Below the pieces are notes generated by a model, which was not told the DNA's origin, made no database searches, and saw only the letters and a program-made list of their open reading frames with translations. Below are positions 10,156 to 20,161 of a DNA stretch of 64,000 nt, piece after piece. A program made the translations under genes and the position numbers. The number at the start of each line of letters is the position of its first letter. Position 1 is the first letter of the stretch. Source of the DNA: Saccharopolyspora elongata (GTDB lineage: Bacteria; Actinomycetota; Actinomycetes; Mycobacteriales; Pseudonocardiaceae); the NCBI RefSeq assembly GCF_004348985.1, contig NZ_SMKW01000009.1:25276-89275 (forward strand), written 5' to 3'.

Positions 10156-10587
10156 ATGATGTTCGTGGCGGAAGCCGGCAGGAAGGGGCGCGTCGTGGCA
10201 ACGCTGCTGTACATCCTGATCACCATGGTCGCGGTGTGGATCACCACCGCGCTGCCCGGCATCACGCTGGAGGGTGAGGACACCACGGCGAAGATCCTCA
10301 CGCTGCTGGCGGTGTCGGTGATCTTCGGCATCGTCAACGTGGTGCTCAAGCCGGTCGCGAAGACGCTGGGCTGCCTGCTCTACCTGCTGACGCTCGGGCT
10401 GTTCGGCCTGGTGGTCAACGCGCTGCTGTTCTGGCTGACCAGCTACCTGGCCGGCGAGCTGCGGCTGCCGTTCCACGTCGACGGCTTCTGGTCGGCGTTC
10501 TGGGGCGCGCTGATCGTCACGATCGTCAGCAGCGCCCTCGCCGGCATCGTGCGCCGCACCACCCGGCCCCAGGTCGAAGAGCGCTGA
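10156..10587 (+). CDS. Phage holin family protein (4-TMS holin superfamily IV-like membrane protein)
   Basis: Four hydrophobic helices and the characteristic LKPVAKTLGCLLYLLTLGLFGLVVNALLFWLT...VDGFWSAFWGALIVTIVS pattern. A GTG at 10195 after GGAAGGGG is an alternative start. Confidence 0.65.
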   Translation: MMFVAEAGRKGRVVATLLYILITMVAVWITTALPGITLEGEDTTAKILTLLAVSVIFGIVNVVLKPVAKTLGCLLYLLTLGLFGLVVNALLFWLTSYLAGELRLPFHVDGFWSAFWGALIVTIVSSALAGIVRRTTRPQVEER

Positions 10588-10680
10588 CACCCGTCGATCC
10601 CGGCCAAAACGCCACGAAGCGGGCAGCGCCCCGGATATCCTGCCGCCCACAGGGGATCTTGATGGACCACGGAGCCGGCG

Positions 10681-11421
10681 ATGCGATGCAGCCTGCGGGA
10701 GTTCGGCGGCCTGCTGCGCGATCACGCGGTCGGGCCGGAGGTCGAGGCGTTCCTGATCGCGCGGCCGCAGACCGCCGACGAGCCGCCGGACGGCCCCTGG
10801 GGCGAGCTGGCCGCGAACCTGGTGCGCGCATCGGTGTTCGGATTCGCGCAGGTCAACGTCCCCGGTGAGGCCGAGCTGCGCGCCGTCGTGGCGGTCGGCA
10901 ACGGACACGCGGCGCGGGTGCTGGTGCAGGACGGGTCGGTGACCGCGAAGAAGGTCCGTCCCGATGCGCCGTGGCCGGCGCTGGTGGGCTGCCTGCCGGA
11001 CCGCGAACCGGCCGAGGGCTGCGAGGTCACCGTGCCGACCCGCGTGCTGGCCGAGGCGCGCGCCGACGCCGAGCAGCGCGGAGATCGCCAGGTGGACTGG
11101 CTGGCCTACGAGCTCAAGCGCCGCCGCGTGCCGCCGGAAGACGCGCAGGCCATCGGCGACCTGCTGCGGCGCGCGGACGGGATGACCGCCCATCTGACGG
11201 TCGGCTTGCGGGTCGCCTCCGGTGCGGTGCGCAGCGGGCCGTTCGGGATCGAGGTGCACCACGCGCCGTCCGGCCGCGCCGCCGTGATCCCGGAGTCGCC
11301 GGACGACACGTTCACCGTGGTCGCCCCGGCGGGCGCCTACCTGCTCGGCAAGACCCTCCAGGAGTACGTCGAAGACCTGTGGGAAGGCACCAGCGAGCGC
11401 ACCCAGCCCCTGCCCCGCTGA
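10681..11421 (+). CDS. Hypothetical protein
   Basis: 246-aa ORF with coding-like codon usage and no motif I can name with confidence. Confidence 0.5.
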   Translation: MRCSLREFGGLLRDHAVGPEVEAFLIARPQTADEPPDGPWGELAANLVRASVFGFAQVNVPGEAELRAVVAVGNGHAARVLVQDGSVTAKKVRPDAPWPALVGCLPDREPAEGCEVTVPTRVLAEARADAEQRGDRQVDWLAYELKRRRVPPEDAQAIGDLLRRADGMTAHLTVGLRVASGAVRSGPFGIEVHHAPSGRAAVIPESPDDTFTVVAPAGAYLLGKTLQEYVEDLWEGTSERTQPLPR

Positions 11422-11478
11422 CCCTGTCCACTGTGGAGGGCGGCGGCCGGGGATAGCCTGGCTTCGGAAGACCGTCCG

Positions 11479-12216
11479 ATGGGAAAGAAGGCCGACGTGG
11501 AGTTGCTGCTGCTGTCCAGTTCGATGAAGCACGGCACGGGTTTCCTCGAACACGCCATGCCGGCCGTGACCGAGCTGCTGGCCGGTCGCGGGCGGCTGCT
11601 GTTCGTCCCGTTCGCCAAGCGCGACCACGACGGCTACACGGCGACGGTGCAGGCCGCGGTCGCGCCGCTGGGCATCACCGTCGACGGCCTCCACCGGGCC
11701 GACGACCCGGTGGCGGCGGTGCGCGAGGCCGAGGCCGTGTTCATCGGCGGCGGGAACACCTTCCGCCTGCTGTCCACGCTGCACCGGCTCGGTCTGGTCA
11801 CCGCGCTGCGCGAGGCCGTGCGCGGCGGCACGCCGTACATGGGCGCGAGTGCGGGCACCAACATGGCCTGCCCCAGCCTGCGGACCAGCAACGACATGCC
11901 GATCGTCGAGCCACCGTCGTTCGAGGCGATCGGGCTGGTGCCGTTCCAGATCAACCCGCACTACCTGGACCCCGACCCGGGCAGCACGCACATGGGCGAG
12001 ACCCGCGAGCAGCGGATCGCGGAGTTCCTGGAGGACAACGACGTGCCCGTGCTGGGCCTCCGGGAAGGCGCCTGGCTGCGGGTCCGCGGTGAGCACGCCG
12101 AGCTCGGCGGCAGCACCGGCGCGCGGCTGTTCACCCGCGGCGCGGAGCCCCGCGAGCTCGGGCCCGGCGACGACGCCACGTTCCTGCTCCGCACCGAGCC
12201 GCACTACGACGCCTGA
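11479..12216 (+). CDS. pepE: Dipeptidase E (peptidase family S51)
   Basis: FIGGGNTFRLL and GASAGTNMACP motifs of S51 PepE. Confidence 0.8.
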   Translation: MGKKADVELLLLSSSMKHGTGFLEHAMPAVTELLAGRGRLLFVPFAKRDHDGYTATVQAAVAPLGITVDGLHRADDPVAAVREAEAVFIGGGNTFRLLSTLHRLGLVTALREAVRGGTPYMGASAGTNMACPSLRTSNDMPIVEPPSFEAIGLVPFQINPHYLDPDPGSTHMGETREQRIAEFLEDNDVPVLGLREGAWLRVRGEHAELGGSTGARLFTRGAEPRELGPGDDATFLLRTEPHYDA

Positions 12217-12343
12217 CCGCGGCAACGGTGATGAAACGTTTCCGTGTTTTCATGATCACCCTGTGCTAGTGTTCAGCCGCGCGACCGCCCGCGCTGGTGC
12301 GGAAGCGGGCTGGTCGCAGGGCGGTTCGACATAGCGGAGCACT

Positions 12344-14494
12344 GTGACGCGGACGAGCAGTTCGGGTAGTGACTACAGGACGATCCGGGCCCGCCTGACG
12401 CGCATCGGCGTGGTGCCGAGCGTGATCCTGCTGGCCCTCTGGCTCGGGTTCTCGTCGCTGACCGTGTACGACGGCTACAGCGCGAGGGTGATCGCGGTCG
12501 GGGTGAAGAACGCCTCGATCCCGGCGGTGAACAGCCTGGCGGCCCTGCAGAAGGAGCGCCAGCTGGCGATGGAGCGGCTCAGCCGCCCGGACATCGACCC
12601 GGCCGCGCTGATCGCGCAACGCGCGAGGACCGACACGGCCGTCGGCGAGATGCGCGCCAACCTCGGGCAGCTCGCCGAGGAGGCGCCGTCGCGGATCGCG
12701 ACCCGGGCGCGCGACCTCGACGCGCTGCTGGTCCAGCTGCCGCACCAGCGCGCCCGAGCGGATGCCGGGAACTCGTCGCGGGCGGAGACCTTCCGCTTCT
12801 ACAACCGGCTGCTCGACGCCGGCGTGAACCTGTTCGACACCCAGTCGCGGGTGACGCCGGACCTGGCCGTCAGCCAGGCCGCCCTGGTGGCGACCGACGT
12901 GTTCCGCGCCGCCGACCAGATGTCCCAGGCCGCATCGCTGGGCGGTGCCGCGCTGGTCGGCGGTGAGTTCAACACCGAGGACCACCTGTCCTTCTCCGCC
13001 CTGGTCGGCGCCTACCACTCCAGGATGGAAACCGCGGTGCCCGCCGCCGCGCCGAACACGATCGAGCTGTACCGGCGACTCATCGCCAGCCCCGACTGGC
13101 AGCGCCTGGTCGGCTTCGAGAACGCGCTCGTCGAGCATCCGCCGCAGCGCAGCGGGACGTTCGCCGTCGACGAGGAGGAGTGGCGGCAGTCCACCAACGC
13201 GGTCGCCGAGGCCCTGGTCGACATCGCCATCGAGCAGGCCAAGACGACCTCCGACCTCGGCCTGGAGAACGGGACCGACCGGTTCGTCCAGGTGATCGCG
13301 GGCAGCCTCGCGGCGCTGCTGGCCGTTCTGGTCGGCATCGTGCTCGCCGCGCGCAACGCCCGGAGGCTGGTCGACCGGACGCTGGTGACCAGGCTGGCGA
13401 AGCTGCGCGACGACACGCTGCGGCTGGCCAGCGGGCGGTTGCCCGACATCATGTCCAGGCTCAAGCGCGGCGAGCAGATCGACGTCGAGACCGAGCTCTC
13501 CCCGCTGGAGCACGGCAACGACGAGATCGGGCAGGTGGCGGAGGCCTTCAACACCGCGCACCACACCGCGGTCGCCGCGGCGGTGCGGGAGAACCAGGCG
13601 AAGGCCGGCATCAACAAGGTCTTCCTGGGCATCGCCCACCGGAACCAGGGGCTGGTGCACCGCCAGTTCAAGGTGCTCGACGAGTTGGCGAGAGGCGAGG
13701 AGCACCCGCAGCGGCAGGACGCGCTGCTGCGGCTCGACCACCTCGCCACCCGGGCCCGCCGCAACGCGGAGAACCTGATCATCCTGGCCGGCGAGCAGCC
13801 GGGGCGGCAGTGGCGAAAGCCGGTGCGGCTGGCGGACGTGGTGGGCGCGGCGGTTGCCGAAACCGAGCTCTACGACCGGATCCGGATTCATCCGATGCCT
13901 GACGTGTCGCTGGTGGGTGCGCCGGTGGGCGACGTGATCCACCTGCTGGCGGAGCTGATGGACAACGCCACGTCGTTCTCCTCGCCGCGCTCGGAAGTCC
14001 AGGTGTACGGCAGCAATGAGCGCCGCGGCGTGCTGGTGCGGATCGAGGACGAAGGACTGGGAATGCGCCCGGCGGACCGGGACGACGCCAACGTGCGGCT
14101 GTCGACGCCACCGCGGTTCGAGGACATCACGTTGCGCGGCGATCCCCGGCTCGGGCTGTTCGTGGTGGCGCAGCTCGCCGCGCGCCGCGGCATCAAGGTC
14201 GTCCTGCAAGAGGCCGCCGAGAACGGCACGGTGGCGACGGTTCTCCTGCCGACCGAAATCCTGGCGACCGAGCCGATGTTCGACACCAGGACGGATTTCA
14301 CCCGCCCGGCGGAATGGGAGGAAGTCGAACCGAGATTGCCGACCCCGCCGCGAATTCGCCCGGATGCCCGTAATTCGGAGCCGGGTGACGGCGATTCCGG
14401 GCGCGCCGGGCACTCGTCGGAGCGAAGCCGTGGCAACATGGCCGCTTTCCAACGCGGCACGCGCGCAGCGCGGCGGGCGGAGGAACCGGAATGA
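12344..14494 (+). CDS. cvnA: Conservon-type sensor histidine kinase with nitrate/nitrite-sensing (NIT) domain and HAMP
   Basis: N-terminal TM. Long NIT-like helical sensor, second TM, HAMP, then a histidine-kinase ATPase core (LAELMDNATSF, GLGLFVV). Immediately followed by a roadblock/LC7 gene, as in cvn operons. Confidence 0.8.
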   Translation: MTRTSSSGSDYRTIRARLTRIGVVPSVILLALWLGFSSLTVYDGYSARVIAVGVKNASIPAVNSLAALQKERQLAMERLSRPDIDPAALIAQRARTDTAVGEMRANLGQLAEEAPSRIATRARDLDALLVQLPHQRARADAGNSSRAETFRFYNRLLDAGVNLFDTQSRVTPDLAVSQAALVATDVFRAADQMSQAASLGGAALVGGEFNTEDHLSFSALVGAYHSRMETAVPAAAPNTIELYRRLIASPDWQRLVGFENALVEHPPQRSGTFAVDEEEWRQSTNAVAEALVDIAIEQAKTTSDLGLENGTDRFVQVIAGSLAALLAVLVGIVLAARNARRLVDRTLVTRLAKLRDDTLRLASGRLPDIMSRLKRGEQIDVETELSPLEHGNDEIGQVAEAFNTAHHTAVAAAVRENQAKAGINKVFLGIAHRNQGLVHRQFKVLDELARGEEHPQRQDALLRLDHLATRARRNAENLIILAGEQPGRQWRKPVRLADVVGAAVAETELYDRIRIHPMPDVSLVGAPVGDVIHLLAELMDNATSFSSPRSEVQVYGSNERRGVLVRIEDEGLGMRPADRDDANVRLSTPPRFEDITLRGDPRLGLFVVAQLAARRGIKVVLQEAAENGTVATVLLPTEILATEPMFDTRTDFTRPAEWEEVEPRLPTPPRIRPDARNSEPGDGDSGRAGHSSERSRGNMAAFQRGTRAARRAEEPE

Positions 14495-14524
14495 CCGGTC
14501 CGGCGACGAAGGGGAAATGCGCGG

Positions 14525-14950
14525 ATGACCGACAGGATCGGCCCCGATGGTGAGCTGAACTGGCTGCTGGACGACCTGGTGGCCCGGGTGGTGGGAGCCC
14601 GCGACGGAGTGGTGCTCTCGGCGGACGGCCTGCTGATGGCCCGCTCGGCGGGACTGTCCACAGCGGACGCGGAGCACTTGGCGGCGATGGCCGCGACCTT
14701 CCAAAGCCTGGCGAAGGAAACGGGAAGGCATTTCGGCGGCGGCGGAGTCCGGCAAACGCTGGTGGAGCTGGACCACGCGTTCGTCTTCATAACGGCAGCG
14801 GGCGCCGGAGCATGCCTAGCGGTACTGGGAGAAGAAGAAGCGGACGTGGGAACGATCGCCTACGAGATGAACCTCCTGGTGATCAGGGTGGGCAATTACC
14901 TGAGCTCGGCCCCAAGAGCAGAAGTCCCAACCCAACAACAAAGGCCCTGA
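14525..14950 (+). CDS. cvnB: Roadblock/LC7 domain protein
   Basis: 141 aa with the typical NWLLDDLV...GVVLSADGLLMA...AAMAATFQSLAKETG roadblock pattern. Confidence 0.8.
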   Translation: MTDRIGPDGELNWLLDDLVARVVGARDGVVLSADGLLMARSAGLSTADAEHLAAMAATFQSLAKETGRHFGGGGVRQTLVELDHAFVFITAAGAGACLAVLGEEEADVGTIAYEMNLLVIRVGNYLSSAPRAEVPTQQQRP

Positions 14951-15302
14951 AAAACCCCACAAACCCCAGGGACCCCAGAAAACCCAAGAACCCCAACAAT
15001 TCAAACAGAGGGAACAGCGCCCCACTCCAAAACTGAGGCGCCAACGGACTCCTTCAACCCAAGCGCCCCATGCGCATAGTCCAGCCCCGAAGGGGCGAAG
15101 ACGAGCCCACCGAACCAGCCCGCCACCAAGGCACCCAACACGCTCCACACCGGCTGCCAAGGTGCCCGATGCGCTCCAGGTAGATGCGAAGCGGCAGAAC
15201 GGAGGGCTGGTCGGAAACCAGGCCGGGAACGGCTCCCGACGCAAGGAGCCAAAGAAACGGGCCACCGCACCGTGGGGGGCGTGGGGGGTTCGACCCCCCA
15301 CA

Positions 15303-15350
15303 GCAAAAACCGAGTGAGCCCCGTCTACGCATTCGGTAGACAGGGCTCAC
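15303..15350 (-). terminator. Rho-independent terminator, probably ancestral tRNA-Val terminator retained at island boundary
   Basis: Minus-strand hairpin GTGAGCCCTGTCTAC-CGAATGC-GTAGACGGGGCTCAC followed by a TTTTT run (AAAAA on the plus strand at 15305-15309). It sits immediately downstream of the tRNA-Val 3' fragment, copy A. Confidence 0.5.
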
Positions 15351-15363
15351 CCGGCGAACTCGG

Positions 15364-15406
15364 TGGGCGATACTGGGATCGAACCAGTGACCTCTTCGGT
15401 GTGAAC
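15364..15406 (-). repeat. Direct repeat copy A: 43-nt 3' fragment of tRNA-Val(CAC), putative outer att site
   Basis: Identical to 58743-58785, the 3' end of the intact tRNA-Val. No 5' half is present. Confidence 0.75.
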
Positions 15407-16432
15407 TATGCCCGCCACCTCGCGCTGACCTGCGAAAACAAGATTTCGCAGGTCAGCGCGGATTCGTTCAATGCGGTTGAGATCCGTTCACCGCAGTTCA
15501 GCGCACAGCGCTGCTCCCCGTTTGCTCCCCACCCTGCTCCCCGCCATGACCATCACATGTCTTTCCTCACACTGATTCAATTCCTACATGGTTGGCGACA
15601 CCTCCACGGGGCGCGGAGAGCACCCGATGCTGACGACGCACCTGGCCGCGCTCGCCGGCAAAGTCGATCAAGGAAGTGGGTTCCGCGCCGATTCTGCCTG
15701 GCATCGGTCGGTAAATCCGCAGGTCAAAGGTAGGTAGGTCGACCCATCTGTCGGGGCAACGTTCGTGATCTTCTTGACCCATCTCCTGGTTCAACTTTGG
15801 TGGCCCGCGCCAGCATGCCAGCCCACACGACCTGATCCTGTGCTGCGGCAGGATCTTCGCCTACGCCCCGTCCGATGCCAACTAGCCGCCAGGACGCAGA
15901 TGGAAAGGGCGTCGACGACGTCCGCCCGATCCGCGACGACATCGACCGCCGCGTCGGCGCCCTCTCGCCGGACTCGTGCCCGAGGCGGCGAAGTGAGAGC
16001 GATGTCCGCAACGTGATCATCGTGGGTCGGCGCTCTGATCCACTGCCCAAGTCCGTGCCTGGTGTCCGCGGCCATCGTGGACACCAGGCACGGAGGCTGT
16101 TCAGTGAAACCAGGATCCGGTTCTGCTTAATTTTCAGCCGTCAAACCGCCCGGGCTCTGCTGGGTCTGCCTCACGCCAGTAGCGCCGCCGGTTCCCACTT
16201 CACCAAGAAACTCCGCCAGGCCGGTATCTGGAAGCCCGCGTTCATCGCGCTCACCCAACTCGCCTCCAAAACACCCTGAATGGAGCAAGCTTGCCTCCGA
16301 ACGGTGCGATGTGCCGAAATGTCCTTGCTCTCTGCCCGTTATGGCTTTGATACTTACAGTCACGATGATCCAGGTGCTGAGACCCACGGGCGAGTGGCCC
16401 CTTGCCCGGGTTTACCTTTTCCGCACGAACGA

Positions 16433-17674
16433 ATGGGGATACCTGTGACCTCTGTCGAACCGTCGAAGCCGCTCACGATCCTCAATGGTCCCGTGCCGCA
16501 CGGGGTACCCAAACCGCCGGATAAGCGGTTTATCGTGTTTGGTCAGGATTGGCTCACGATGCAGACGTACATCAAGCAAGCACTCGCGCTGCCCATCAAC
16601 AAGGCGGACTGGGAGAAGGATTACGGCGGTTTCCCGGAACAGGAGAACGAAATCAAGAAGGTCCTGAGCGCCATGAAAAACGTCCAGGACCTGTGTCCAG
16701 ATTTTGGCGATCCCGACATGATCCGGAAAAAGATAATTAGCGACGGAGCTTACCTTACGGGCAAGACTCCGCCCGCTGAGATATACGGGCACATCATTTG
16801 GCTTTCCACGCAGGTCAGCAATACCGCGGGCACGTTCAAGTATACCTTCGAAAGCCTGAAGGATGTGCTCAGCACAGGAACGGAAAAGCAGCGGGCCGAC
16901 AACCTGCGGTTGATCCTCGGCGGCAGTGGAGGCCTGCTCTCCGAAGCCGAGAAGGAAAAGAAGAAGGTTGCCGAGCTCAGCCAGAAACTGGCCAAGTTCG
17001 ATCAGAAGATCACCGAGGCGAACAACGAAGTCGCCATCTACACGAGTTCTTCGTCCAAGATCCTCACGGCGGCGAACAAGAAGATCGGAGCCCTCGAGAC
17101 GGACGTCAAAAACCTGCACACGGCTGCGGACAAGGCGTACGAGGAGTGGCGCAAGTACACCATTGTCGCGGTCAGCACCTCGGTCGGGATCACGGTGATC
17201 AGCCTGGGGCTTCTTGCCTCGGTCGGATGGGCGTTTGGTATTGGGTTCGGGATCGCCGCGATCAAGGCGCGGAAGCTCTACAATCAGATGCTCGACCAAA
17301 TCAAGGACAAAGAGGTTGATATTCAGAAGAAGACCCGACTGGTCACCGATCTGACCGGCCTGAACTCCTCCATTCCGTCGATCGGGGATTCGCTGACTCG
17401 TTTCAAGAACAACCTGCAGGAGATCGAGGGGGTGTGGACCGACATCGCCGGCAAACTTGGCTACATCTGCTCGAACTACCAGGACAAGGACCTCGCCAAC
17501 CTTGCGTGGGTCCAGCAGTCCCTGAAGATCCTCGATGCCCAGCACAAGTGGGCCGAGATCCAGACGGCGGCTCAGGAGTTCACCCAACGGTCCCTCGTCA
17601 CCTTCTCTCCGGTCGGCAAATGGGGCAACAAGCTCACCGAGGAGCACCAGCAGGCCCACGCACTGGCGATCTGA
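16433..17674 (+). CDS. ClyA/Hbl/Nhe-family alpha-helical pore-forming toxin-like protein, component with hydrophobic hairpin
   Basis: Long coiled-coil-like sequence with a central ~35-aa hydrophobic stretch (IVAVSTSVGITVISLGLLASVGWAFGIGFGIAAI), as in the beta-tongue/helical hairpin of ClyA-family toxins. Low GC. The start is uncertain: 16319 and 16559 are alternatives. Confidence 0.55.
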   Translation: MGIPVTSVEPSKPLTILNGPVPHGVPKPPDKRFIVFGQDWLTMQTYIKQALALPINKADWEKDYGGFPEQENEIKKVLSAMKNVQDLCPDFGDPDMIRKKIISDGAYLTGKTPPAEIYGHIIWLSTQVSNTAGTFKYTFESLKDVLSTGTEKQRADNLRLILGGSGGLLSEAEKEKKKVAELSQKLAKFDQKITEANNEVAIYTSSSSKILTAANKKIGALETDVKNLHTAADKAYEEWRKYTIVAVSTSVGITVISLGLLASVGWAFGIGFGIAAIKARKLYNQMLDQIKDKEVDIQKKTRLVTDLTGLNSSIPSIGDSLTRFKNNLQEIEGVWTDIAGKLGYICSNYQDKDLANLAWVQQSLKILDAQHKWAEIQTAAQEFTQRSLVTFSPVGKWGNKLTEEHQQAHALAI

Positions 17675-17727
17675 AACGCGACCGGGCGCATTTGCCACGC
17701 ACCGAGCATGACCAAGGAGGCGTCGAC

Positions 17728-20133
17728 ATGCCCAACTGGGATGTGCTAACGAAGAAGACCGCCGCGTTGACGTTCAGCGAAGTGACCAAATCCGACGGCA
17801 ACCAGAAAGAGGTCACCGTCAGCGGGCTGCGGGTGCGCCTGTCGGAAATCGGTGCCTGTACGCAACTGATGTCCGTGTTCGCCGACACCCTCGTCGTCGA
17901 CTATCCCACTTTCGACGCTCCTGGTGTTGTGGTGGTCGCCCGGTCGCTGGACCTCTCGGCACTGAGCGGCTCGGCCCTGCCTCTGAGGGTGCCTGCCGGC
18001 CATGGCCCCAACGTGGCACAGTTCCTCATCGGCGGCACCGTCGGCGGCGACTTCCGTATCAATACGGAGAACGTGACCAGCGGCGCAAAGACCGTGCCGG
18101 TCGGGATGACCCCGCTGAAAGCCGCCCTGCACCAGGTCGCCCACGACGGCACGATCACGCAGGACATCAACTCCGGTGCCAAGGACATCGCGGACTTGAC
18201 CGGTCGTCCCTGGGCCCTGGGCAGCCTGAAGGCAAGCGTCACCGCCGCGGGATCCTTAATGGACACCGGCATTCCCGCGGACACCGCACTCGCTCGCTCG
18301 ATGCTGGCCTGGGTTGTCGCGTGCATTCAACAGGCTGGCCAAACCTGTTTCAGCAGTGCCACCGTGGCCGAACTGGCTACTGTCGGACGACAGGCCGCAG
18401 CCCTGCTCGCCACACTCGACGTCGCATCCGGCGCCCGCTACGTGCCCGTCCTGCCAGGGGCCTTCTACAAAGACAAAACCACGGCTCTGCTTGGCGTCCT
18501 GGGCGGTTATCAAGCCGATCTCAATACCCTGTCCACCGCGCAGGAAACTTCGAAGGCCCTGAAAAGGGTCGCCGGGACACTCGCCGCTAATGCCAAGACC
18601 GAGACCGACCCGCTGACCGTCCGGCTGCACAGCATCACGTCGAACGTCGACCATCTCAAGGCCGACCTCACCACCTTGACCGGTCAGCTCGACACCCAGT
18701 ACAACCGGGCCCACACCGCGTTCACGGTCATGCGCGCCAAAATTGCCCTGCAAGACGTGCAGAACTTCGTAGACGCCTACTTCGGCGCGGTCATCGCAGT
18801 CGTCAAAGTAGGTGTGGGGGCGGCCCAGGCCGTCGAGGACCCGACGAAGGTCTCGGAAGTCGCCCACGGACTCTACGACGCGGCGGACAAGGCATACACG
18901 GCGATTGGCCAGATCCCGGAAGACCAACCCGGCGACGACGAACTACTCCAGGCGACCCGCACGCTACTGCGTACCCAACAACGCATTATCGCTTCCTTCG
19001 AATCCGCGACCACGCTGTGGAACGCCCAGGACAACGAAACCATCGGCGCGTCCCCCCGGCCACTGACGGAGTCCGACCAGCAGTTCGCGGCCGATCCGAC
19101 CGTGGCGTGGGATGTGTACCTGACACGGGCGCAGGCAGCCCTGGACACCATCAAGCAGCGGATCGGCCAATCCCACGCCGAGGAGGCGCAACAGGCGGCG
19201 AACAACTACTGGGCCGAGTTGATGATCTTCGGGCGGTATGGCAAGGCTCTCGCGGTCACGGCGAACGCCTATGCCGCCCAGCTCGCCGAGGCCAGTATGG
19301 TGCGCGCCCAGATCAAGGCGACGAACGAAGTGGCCGATCGCTGGAAGGCTCTGGAGCAGACCTGCCGCACCGACAAGGAGCGGCAGGCCCTACTCATGGG
19401 GATACTGCAGACCCGGGTGGACACCGTCAAACGGTCGCTGCACGTGGCGTGGACCTACTATCGCGACGCGTACTTCTATCTTTACTTTGCCCAGCCACCA
19501 GCGATCGATCTCGACGCGCCTATCTCAGATATCCGGCGCCAACTGGCTGCGATGACCGACTGGGTCGAGCGAGCGATCAGCCAGAGCGGTAACAAAGTCC
19601 AGTTGCCCGGAAGAGACGCGACGATCAGCCTTGATCTGCCGATCATCCACGCGGACACCGCACACCAGTCGGCAGCCGGCGTCATCGCCGCCACGCTCGC
19701 CCAAGACCCCACGAACAAGATGTGGACGCTGAGCTGGACCGTGCCGATGGGCGCACCGCTGCTCGCGCAGCAGCTTCCGGACAACGGCAATGTCGCAATC
19801 TGGGTGACCTCAGCCGAGTTCTTTGTGGACGACGTGACTCCGAACCCCGCGGGCAGGGTCATCGTCGAGGTGGCGACCTCCGGCTGCTACCAGAACGGAT
19901 TCGGGCCGGCCGAGTCACACACCTTTGTCGCCAAGGGGATCACTGGGACCTACGCCTACAAGCAGGAGGGGAAGCAGGTCTACTCGCCGTGGGAGATCGG
20001 CAGAGACGTCTACATGACACCGACGTTATTCACACAGTGGACCATGACCTTCGACCAGAACGGTGGGAATCCACAGCGGGCGACGAAGCTGCGTCTGAAC
20101 TTCCACGTCGACTACCAGAAGAAGCCACATTAA
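17728..20133 (+). CDS. Large (~800 aa) mostly helical protein with C-terminal beta-rich domain, toxin-operon partner
   Basis: Strong Shine-Dalgarno AAGGAGG 8 nt before the ATG. Co-oriented and tightly spaced with flanking toxin-like genes. No enzymatic motif recognised. Confidence 0.6.
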   Translation: MPNWDVLTKKTAALTFSEVTKSDGNQKEVTVSGLRVRLSEIGACTQLMSVFADTLVVDYPTFDAPGVVVVARSLDLSALSGSALPLRVPAGHGPNVAQFLIGGTVGGDFRINTENVTSGAKTVPVGMTPLKAALHQVAHDGTITQDINSGAKDIADLTGRPWALGSLKASVTAAGSLMDTGIPADTALARSMLAWVVACIQQAGQTCFSSATVAELATVGRQAAALLATLDVASGARYVPVLPGAFYKDKTTALLGVLGGYQADLNTLSTAQETSKALKRVAGTLAANAKTETDPLTVRLHSITSNVDHLKADLTTLTGQLDTQYNRAHTAFTVMRAKIALQDVQNFVDAYFGAVIAVVKVGVGAAQAVEDPTKVSEVAHGLYDAADKAYTAIGQIPEDQPGDDELLQATRTLLRTQQRIIASFESATTLWNAQDNETIGASPRPLTESDQQFAADPTVAWDVYLTRAQAALDTIKQRIGQSHAEEAQQAANNYWAELMIFGRYGKALAVTANAYAAQLAEASMVRAQIKATNEVADRWKALEQTCRTDKERQALLMGILQTRVDTVKRSLHVAWTYYRDAYFYLYFAQPPAIDLDAPISDIRRQLAAMTDWVERAISQSGNKVQLPGRDATISLDLPIIHADTAHQSAAGVIAATLAQDPTNKMWTLSWTVPMGAPLLAQQLPDNGNVAIWVTSAEFFVDDVTPNPAGRVIVEVATSGCYQNGFGPAESHTFVAKGITGTYAYKQEGKQVYSPWEIGRDVYMTPTLFTQWTMTFDQNGGNPQRATKLRLNFHVDYQKKPH

Positions 20134-20161
20134 GCGCGGCGAACCACCACGGGAGCGCACG

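Noticed and set aside
10681-11421. Possible EspG-like (ESX secretion-associated) identity for the 246-aa protein
   Set aside because: Only a vague resemblance from memory. No ESX genes nearby. Left as hypothetical.
7837-12225. 1462-aa minus-strand ORF spanning five genes
   Set aside because: Only the first ~348 codons (7837-8883) encode the LLM oxidoreductase. The remainder is antisense to the Ppx, holin-like, hypothetical and pepE genes.
12266-14776. 836-aa minus-strand ORF
   Set aside because: Antisense to cvnA/cvnB, with a low-complexity Arg/Gly-rich product.
15875-16279. 134-aa ORF with an HTH-like segment (ARALLGLPHASSAAGSHFTKKLRQAG) as a possible integrase/transposase remnant of the inner island
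   Set aside because: No catalytic motifs and no clear family resemblance. Too weak to call.
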